This document shows positions 55,091-64,000 of a stretch of DNA of 64,000 nucleotides, piece after piece. A model generated the notes under the pieces. The model did no database searches. It saw nothing but the letters and a program-made list of their open reading frames with translations, and was not told the DNA's origin. Where the stretch lies: assembly GCA_012295275.1 (NCBI GenBank), contig CM022674.1, forward strand, positions 8,308,001 to 8,372,000, given 5' to 3'. The DNA comes from Chrysomallon squamiferum (lineage: Eukaryota > Animalia > Mollusca). Both the position numbers and the translations under genes were made by a program. Numbering within the stretch: position 1 is the first letter of the stretch; the number at the start of each line of letters is the position of its first letter.

Positions 55091-55450
55091 TTACAGCAAC
55101 AACAAGGCAGCCAGAAATTACCAGCAGCGCATCAAACTATCTGCAGAAAAGGGATAAAACAACTAGTTAAAATATAATACAATTCATTTTACTTATATTC
55201 TCAGATTTTTCAATCTAACATAATTCTTTAACAAAGTCTCTGACATGAATGAGTAATATTAATCCACAATGTTTTTTTTTGTTTGTTTTTTTTAAATTCA
55301 GAATCCTGAAGATTATGTTGTACTGCTTGCTCACGATAATGCGGCATATACGTGTTTGCGGTTTAGCACGCGCAAGGTCATATGGTGGCTCGTTTATTAA
55401 CAGAAATGTGATGACAGACAACACGTTTTGCCGGTGAATGATTTTGAAGA

Positions 55451-56095
55451 AATATAGGTATCGCTAGTGTTTTAATACACCTACAACAACAGACATTATG
55501 TGAATGTCTGACAACAATACGGTTATCACTTGTATTTTAAGACTACAACAACAGCAGACGTCAATGTCTGACAATGATGAATATGGGCATCACTAGTGTT
55601 TAACCAGTACAACAACAGTAGACATGTAGTCAGTATCGGACAACAGTATGGGTATCACTAGTTTTTTAAACACTACAACAGTAGTAGACATGTCAATGTC
55701 TGACAAGAATATGTTTTACCACTACAACAGCAGACGTGGTCAATGTCTGACAATAATATGGGTATCACTAGTGTTTTAACCACAATGACAACAGAAGACA
55801 TTAGTCGGAGTCTGTCAACAATATGGTATTGCTAGTGCTTTACCACTTCAACAATAGTGGACATGTCAAGGTCTAACAATATGGGTATTGCAAGTGCTTT
55901 ACCACTACAACAACAGCAGACATGTAGTCCGTGTCTGACAGAATATGGGTATCCCTAGTGTTTAACCACTACAACGAGCAGACATTAGTCGGAAGTCTGA
56001 CAACAATATGGGTATCACTAGTGCTTTACCACTTCAACAACAGCAGACAAGTAGTTAGTGTCTGACAGTGATTAAAACGGCTACCACAAGTGCTG
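55451..56095. repeat. ~60-66-bp minisatellite, about 10 copies, with an internal hairpin
   Basis: Consensus aatatgggtatcactagtgttttaaccactacaacaacagcagacat..atgtctgacaac; most units keep the agacat...atgtct inverted pair and cactagtg. Confidence 0.88.
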
Positions 56096-56329
56096 ACCAT
56101 TAGAAGAAGACAATAAGGTCTGACAAAAAGTATTGAAACCTGATGAAATCTATAATAACCGAAGAAGACTTCTGAAACAGTCTGCTCTTTGCTTCATGGA
56201 GTGCCACATTGATGAAACTCTTTAAGACAATTTTTGAAAAGTGACGTCTGTTACATTTACATTGAAATAATCATATATTGTAAGTACTATTACAATGTAA
56301 TTCATAATCGGTACATTTTTTTTTTTTTT

Positions 56330-59300
56330 TTTTAGGTCTGTATTTTCTTCTTTCTTTCACACTGTAAAATGCTTTGAGTCTGCACACTGGAGGAAAAGGC
56401 ACACCTGTTGCCAGTGCTGAAGATAACTGCAAAGTGGAGTTTACAGCAATTTCATTTTTGACCACATGAATCAAAGATGATTTTGACGTAGGCTTAAATG
56501 ACATAGAGCAGGGTATTACATAAGTTTGATACTTTAAACTGGTTATTCTACTGTTTGACCTTGCTAGAACAGTTAATATACATCTAATAAAAATGAATTC
56601 ATTGCAGTGGCAGATCAAGTGGGGGCTAGTCACTCTTTCCTGAAAATTATTTTTTTTTAATGTTCATTCCAAACAAAGTTTGTATGACAGAATTTTATTC
56701 ACAAAAGGCTGTTTAGAAACTATGGAAATCTATGAAGAGGCCACTTAAACAGATAATATACATTGGTAAATAAACCATTGTCCATCTATAATCAAAACTT
56801 GTGTGAACATGAAGAGGCTATGTTCATTACATACACAGGTAATCAGGTATCTCAGTAGGTGAGTTATTTCAACCAACTGGGAATTCGACCAGTCAGGATG
56901 ATAGCCTGAGATCAGTCTGCATTCTGACACACTGACTTGTCAGACAGATGAAAAACGGTGAACATACACAAACAACAGACAGGGATACAAGGTTACAATT
57001 AAAAAATAATTTTTTTTTTTTTTATACTTGTTAAAAAAAAAAATAATAATAATATCCATTCATGTTTTTGGAAATAAATTTAAAATAAAGTATCTTTAAT
57101 TTTGGGACATTCAAAGTTTTTAACTTAAAAGCTGAATTATTATTCTGTATATGTGGGAATGGTTTAAATTATCACCAAAATTTATATTTAAAAAAGAAAT
57201 AAATGTTCAAAACTGAAAAGTAATTTTGGTACTAATGTTTCCCATATGGAACAGTATGAATTTTAAGCCTTTTTTATTAATCTTTTTAATTTTAATTTGA
57301 ACATATAATTTAAAAAATGATCATATATTTTAAAACTGTAGCAAAAAAAAAAAAAAAAAATGTTAAAAGATTTGCGATTAAAACGACATTTATAACAAAT
57401 ATGTGAACTTTTAATATAGTAATACACATATTTAACAAATGTTACATGTAAGACAATTGCTATGAAGTCCATTATTTTAAAACTATTTAATTCATTAATT
57501 CTGTGTTTGTGTTTATGTAACCTGGAGGTATTGTTAATATACCACTGTACATTTTACATGTTTATTATATATAAGACAAATAATGCAGTCCAAAAAAAAA
57601 AAATATATATATATTATCCAGCTAAAAATATCTACACTATTTAAACAGTATTTTTCAACTATGGTAATCAGATTAAGATAAAAGCAATTGATGTCCAAAA
57701 CTATATTTTATATACTGAATTTTTGAAATTATTTTAATAAAAGGATTTTTTTTCTTTAAAGCCATTTTATTTCTTCATGCATGTATTTGCTTGTTTTTAT
57801 TTGGGTTTACTTGTTTGATATTAACAGTTGTAACTGATTTGCTAGGACATTTTACTGCAAACGGAACACCAAAAACCATGTGGGACTAAATAGCTGCATT
57901 TGAAACAAAAAAAGTTTAAAAAGTACTAACTGTTTAAAAGAGAACTGGCACAGATTTACAAATTAAGTTTTAGTATTTTGTCAACTGTACATTTACTGAC
58001 AGTTTTCCATCAGATCAGTAATTTTATATCTTTTTAGGATTTCCAGAGATTAAAAACCATGACTCCACATATTCATATAAGAAAATCAAGTCTGATTCTG
58101 AGGTCTCAAAATAATAGTAAACAAGAAGTAAAACTCCTACAACATAACTAATGTAACAATACAAATATAAAAATTACTGTTCTAATAAAAAATATATTTG
58201 TTCACTTACAGAGACCATAATGAAATGTATCGGAGAATTCAAGTCACAAGTTTTGATAATGTCTCTTTTTTTCCACATTTCATTTGTGCATTCTCTGTCT
58301 AAATGCATTCTTTTTTGTTGATGGCTTTTAAATGACTGTCTTCAATCTGCAGAATAATTAGCCAAAGAAAAACAGTCTTATTGTAAGTATAACTGATTAT
58401 TATTAAGAAATTACAACAAATAATTATAAAATTAAAATATAAATAAATTAAAAGCATTTTTAAATATTACTTAATTTATTCTATTACCCTGTAATTATTA
58501 ATTATATTTATTATTATATTTTATAATAATGTTAACCATATTATCATAGTTTAATTTGAAAAAAATATAAAAATCATATAACTTTATCACAACAGAGCCT
58601 GTGCAGTATTAAACCTCCATTTCCAGAAAATGTTGAAAACAGAAGCTTTCATCAGTCAATTCTTCATTTTGCAGTTCAGAAGTGGTTTTTCATTTCTGCA
58701 TAACGGCTAAAAGCATAAATCAGTTATAAATAGTCCATTTGTAGTAAATAAATACAGCTTGAAATGTTTTCAGCTATACATGTAAAGTTTAAACCTAAAT
58801 TATACTGAACACCACAAAGTGCCAAAACTAGATTATAATTACATTATGAAAATCTTTAGAATGATGAACTGGTATTTTAAGATTCAGTATCATTCACTAG
58901 TAAATTTTTCTAAACTCAGTAATTACTTAGATTAAAATAAAAATCAGAAAAACTGAAGATAAAATAAAAATACAAAATGGCCAATTACTTGAAATTTAGA
59001 CAATATTTCAAAATTTAAAAAACAGCTGTTCATTTTGTAATATTGAAAAAAAAAAAAACAATTAATACTGAAAAGGGAGAAGATCTAAAATAATAATATA
59101 ATATGCTAAACAATCTTTCTGAATTATAAAGAATTAAACATTTTTTTTAGGAATTCCTGTTGACAAAAAATAAAAAGTGATTATTAGCAAAGTACAAAAT
59201 GTAATTAATTATAATGAATGGATAGTATATTTACCCACAGTTGTGAATGTTTTCATATTTTTCAGCTCATAGAACATTTTTTTTTTTTTTTTTTTGTTAC

Positions 59301-60001
59301 ATTTAACTTTGTTAAAATTGATGGTCTAGTAAAACGGTCTTGTCAGTTCAGCTGAAACTTGGAAAATGAACAATGACACAAAGTGACAAACAGCTCACCC
59401 TGCCAAGACAAAAGCCAGGTCTCTATGGTGATTTAATTGTGCAGCTTCTCTAATTACATTTCAAACTGAATCAAACAACTGCCTATTGTGTTAACCTTTT
59501 CTACCATCCAATCAAAAGTTCTGAACATTGATATCAATTCAGCTGCATCCATAAACTGATTATTATAAATATAAAATAAAAAAAGTTATTTTTTTTAATT
59601 ATTATTATGTGTCACTGAGTCAGTGTTTGTTGAACTTTTGACATGACTCAATAAATTCCAAATTATTAGTATAGTTGAAAAATTCATATATCGCCTTGGT
59701 TACCAAATGCTAACTATACTAATAATAATAAATGAAAAATTACATATTTACCCATTTAAGTTCATTCAGTTCTAAGCCGTCAGTAGTTTTTGCCATTTTT
59801 ATAAAAACTGCTGTCTGATACTCCTCTATTAGCATTAAAGTAATTCATTGCAGATGCAGTAAAAATAATCACAAGTCTGGAATTCTGGAAGTGATTTGTC
59901 ATTCTTGATAATATTGTACTTTAATTACGGCCACTGAAATAACAGTAAAATGTTATTTTTATCATTCATTTGAGATTCTTTCTTTCATTTTTTTATTTTA
60001 A

Positions 60002-60045
<44 letters not shown>

Positions 60046-60426
60046 ATGGGAATTTTAATAATAATAATAATTTAATCAATATTTATGTGCAGTCTGAAAT
60101 GTCAAAACTGACGATAATTCAAAGAATTGTTAATATCTAAACATCTGTTAATTTTAATAACCATTTTATTTATTTTTTACTATTTTAATTTTATGTTATG
60201 TTATTTTATTTTTAAATCCAATTCTTTCATATACATATGTCAGTTAACAATACATAATGTATAACAATCTAAAAACAATGATTTTTTTGGGGGGGGAATT
60301 ATCAAGTCACTTCAACAGACTGAATACTCCCATGCCCCTGATCCAAGTATCATATACATACAGTCTATGTTCTAAAATCTGCGGTAAACTCTGGTTCTGG
60401 AATTCTGTCATCACTAATGTTTACAT
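56330..60426 (-). pseudogene. SPIDR: SPIDR-like pseudogene, several decayed C-terminal exons
   Basis: Splice-bounded blocks 59752-59933, 59235-59555, ~58583-58706, 58210-58346, ~56749-56963 and ~56330-56639. Colinear motifs versus remembered human SPIDR: CSFSKFQ..DRFTR..QLW / CSLVGMKVLQKVTR..TLW; RDIIKTCDLNS / RDILQMNDLGT; HSLFMFTQVLIIDG / HSLFFKDALRDQG; RVTSPHL..YINCSSK / VVTSPVL..FLDCRSR. Many stops and frameshifts. Confidence 0.6.
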
Positions 60427-60552
60427 CTGTAAAGTGTTGGTAAAATGTTTCTAATGGCAGCTGTTTCAAATCGCGTTGTCGTGTTTTTACAGTTTCAAAG
60501 AAGTTCGTGTGTCATGATTATTTGCCAAGATCTATACATTTTATCTGTAGAC

Positions 60553-61491
60553 CAGTGATTCCCAACGTGGGGCCTACGCCCCACTGGGTGGCAATATGAA
60601 AAATATAATAATATCAACATTTTTATTGTGTTATTCATAGACAGAATTTAGTTTCCAAAAAGGTTTCCCCTGTTCTAAACGAGACATTGAATGCAGTTAT
60701 AAAATGCATCAACACTATAAAATCTAATGCCAAATGTGAGTGTCTTTTCAAACAATTTTGCAAGGATCAAAATGCAGATTATGTAAGATTATTACTTCAT
60801 ACTGATGTAAGGTGGTTATCAAAGGGGAATTGCCTGAAAAGATTCATGGAATTATTTGATATTCTTAGTGAGTTCTTGGATGACAAACCTTATATGACTC
60901 TGTTACTGACAGTTGATGGTAAAGCACTTGTCAGTTATTTAGCAGATATATTTGAAAAACTCAGTGTCTTAAATAAGGAGCTCCAAGGAACAAATATGAC
61001 TCTTGTTAATTCAAAGGCCAAGATATTTGGCTTTTTATCATTTCTGGAATTATCCCAAGAAAATATCCAAATACAAGTACTGTTACCATTCCATCGTCAT
61101 ACTTAGTGGAATGTGAATTTAGTGCTGTATGACTTATTACTGAAGAAAAGAAACCGACTGGATATCACTAAACGAGGCAACTTGAGATTGAAATTAACCA
61201 AATTTCTGCCTCAGATAAAATCTCTCTGCAGCAGACATCAGACTCGAGGGTCTCATTAATTGATTGTAATTGAATTTATTTAATCTGCTGGTAGATATGT
61301 TATACAAATTATAAAATGGATTATATTTGATTAAATTTGAATGTTATACTTCTTCAAAACTGATATTGTTATATCATACTAAACAATTATCTGATATTGT
61401 TGTATCATACTAAACAATTAACGGGTGGGGGACATGAAGAAATTTGTGATAAAAAAGTGGGGCATGGTACTAAAATGGTTGGGAACCACTG
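60553..61491 (+). mobile_element. Internally deleted hAT Charlie/Buster transposon
   Basis: TIRs cagtgattcccaac versus cagtggttcccaac (reverse complement); perfect 8-bp TSD ctgtagac at 60545-52 and 61492-99. Confidence 0.95.
60625..61258 (+). pseudogene. Buster-family (ZBED5/SCAND3/FAM200-like) transposase fragment
   Basis: CVIHRQNL (CxxH), HTDVRWLSKG and YLADIF motifs, then a frameshifted hATC end VECEFSAV..KKRNRLDITKRGNLRLKLT; N-terminus and middle deleted. Confidence 0.92.
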
Positions 61492-61567
61492 CTGTAGACT
61501 AATTAAGTTTTCTTAAATGTTTTACATTTTTGTTCTGTTTACAGGACTTTGGAAGTCGTTGTTTGTA

Positions 61568-62030
61568 AACCATTGTTTTCCTATTTTTGTAAGCTGTTCA
61601 GCCCTCCGTGGTTTTTATACTGAGTGCACTACATTGATGACCAAACCATGTTTTATAATATTTATAATACTAACTTGACAGGATATGGATGGTAACAAAA
61701 TATTCTCTGAAATGGAGAATCCATGTCGTATGAAAAACTTTGTGAGCCATGCCGATAAGATCAAATAAGAATCTGAAGGTGAAATGAGAGACATATCAAC
61801 ATGGGCAACAGACACTGAGATCTTCGACACCTTGTTGTTATTCAGAAAAGTTGTTCAAATATGATTGCTAGCTCTGTGTTGTATCTACCGTGCTTAACAC
61901 AGAATCTGGTATATATTTGACAAACTAACTGACAGGAACACTTTAACCGGGTCAACTAATAAAGGTCTTAAACCCACTGTCTTAGGTTCCAGTTTGAATA
62001 AAGCTTTTGATAAACATGTATCATGTGACT
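61568..62030 (+). pseudogene. OTU-like cysteine protease relic
   Basis: One frame with stops: NHCF..VS..LRG..TE (Cys-box-like), then MRDISTWATDTEIF..L..V....IY....IWY (OTU W-x4-E-I motif near 61784-61826). Confidence 0.5.
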
Positions 62031-63811
62031 TGTGTTGTATTTTACTATTATATATACACGCACACACATACAAACACACACACTTCAAATGAACAAGTTT
62101 TCAAAATAATTGTTAAAAACCACAGGATTATTCATTACAACACAGCGCATAATATCATTGTAAATATATAGGAGGAGTGTTTGGGGGTGGAACACAATGA
62201 ATTCGGACAGGCCAGGGAATTGTTTCGGGCTGCACCGGATACGTTTTCAAATCCTTATCGGCGGTTTCAACACAGATTTCTTGCGAATTAACTGAAACGG
62301 CTTAATATCTCTTGAATATACAGCTGGAGCTATGATTAAATCAGTAGTTGAGCATAGCATCTCACAAATGCATTGATGAAGAAAGAAACAACAGTGACTC
62401 CGACTCTAATCACTATATATATAATAATAAATCATAAATGTTTTATTTATTTATTCATTTATTTATGTATTTATTTATTTATTATTTCAATTATTTTTTA
62501 TTATCTGGATACTTATTCATTATAATTTATATCATAATATAATCAAAAAAAAAAAAAAAAAACCATTTAGAAATTTATTTTGATGTTCAGTTATAGTGGG
62601 ATAACAGATTTAAATAGTTTCGAATTCAAAATTATAATCGGCACTTCATTATAAAACGACATCACAAACTGGAAAGAAACCTATTTGTTTGGTCATTTTA
62701 GTTAATTCTGTATAACTTTTGAGGAAAAAATGGATCGGAAATAAATAGGTTAAACTAAATGATAAACTACGCTCAATTCCTGTCAGCACTAAATTCCTTT
62801 AGCTGATGAATGAAAACATTAACATTTGATCGGGTAGGGGGAGAGAGAGAGAGAGAGATTAAAAAGCCAATAAATTAACAACCGAAAAACAAGTGGTTCT
62901 TAATGTCGATTAATGTTACATTTACTTAAAGATTAAGCATTAAAGACAGATATGTTTGTTACGCACTATGGACAATTTTGACAATTGAGTTACATTGCAA
63001 TTGCTATTTGGATGGTGCATGCAGCCGAATTGTATGACAAAAACGTAACAAACCTTTCACTGCCTTAGAAGATGAAAACTCTGAAAGTGCCAGGTGTTTG
63101 AGATCTTCCAGATACGGTTGAGTTGCTCCAAACACGACGGTTGCCAGTGCATCTTTTGGTACAAATTATAATTACTCCGTTAACATTGGCTCTCAAGTTT
63201 TATTCATTTATCACTATAAGGAAACTGAGAATGAGGTTTGTTACTTAACTTACACTATTTTAAGTATTTATAATAACAGAATACGTCATTATTTCCTTTT
63301 TGTTGCAATATAGATACATTAACAAAAAAGTAAGTAAAAGAATAAGAAAATATAAGAAGAACTAAATAAAAGAAAAAAGAAAAAGATGTGGAAAGTTTGA
63401 AAAAAATTTGATTTCTTCATCGTTAAGTTTACTGTATTTTGAAAACTAAAAACACTGAGTCACTGACATCTAGTATTATAATGCTAAAGTAACAACATAC
63501 TCTATCCAGTGCATAATTATTATTTTATTTTTTTTTCATTTATTTAGTTTAGATTCATTATTTGTTTTGTTTGATGGTGTAATATGTTTTTATAACAACA
63601 TGCTTGCATTTTATTCAGTTTATTTATTTATTTATTTATTATTATTACTATTATCATCATCATTATTGTTAATATGATTAGTATTTCTGTAATCAATGAT
63701 ATTAATTGTTAACAGTTTAAGACATATTTTATTGTTACTAACAAACATTGTATATTATTCATACTGAAATTTCTTATCTAGATTTATTATTACTTTTAAT
63801 GATTATCACTG

Positions 63812-63865
<54 letters not shown>

Positions 63866-64000
63866 GCTACTACTAGTATTATTTTGTTATTAGGCCTACT
63901 TTACATGTGGTTTTTGGCAAACTACAGCAGTTAGAGTTACTGTGCAGAGTGAGTCTGCTGAGAATGACTTCCCTTTAATGGTAGTAATACGTCATCAGCG

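Noticed and set aside
56138-56182. Hammerhead ribozyme core (CTGATGA...GAAA)
   Set aside because: Stem II does not close next to GAAA, and stems I/III are absent; the other CTGATGA sites I inspected also fail.

Overview
AT-rich, microsatellite-dense animal genomic DNA, not prokaryotic. A gastropod or other mollusc is inferred from the TRIM-NHL type and the SINE remnants. Positions 1-35 kb are almost entirely non-coding: many minisatellites (several with higher-order structure), two TA-flanked MITEs, and splice-signal-bounded 5'UTR-like exons that suggest a large minus-strand gene running off the left edge. Positions 36-42 kb hold a decayed Tc1 (DD34E) transposon, a hAT MITE and the only intact protein-coding gene found: a spliced 584-aa RING / coiled-coil / NHL-propeller TRIM-like protein with no B-box. 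Positions 47-62 kb are CpG-poor and contain intron-retaining gene relics that the ORF track largely misses: a B-box/coiled-coil/NHL TRIM pseudogene (+), two RCC1 exons (-), a Gypsy gag fragment (-), a multi-exon SPIDR-like pseudogene (-) and an OTU-like fragment (+), along with two hAT elements with perfect 8-bp TSDs. All protein homologies were judged by eye against remembered family motifs and need confirmation by alignment. I found no evidence for CRISPR, rRNA, tRNA or ribozymes, and nothing that establishes a new biological system.
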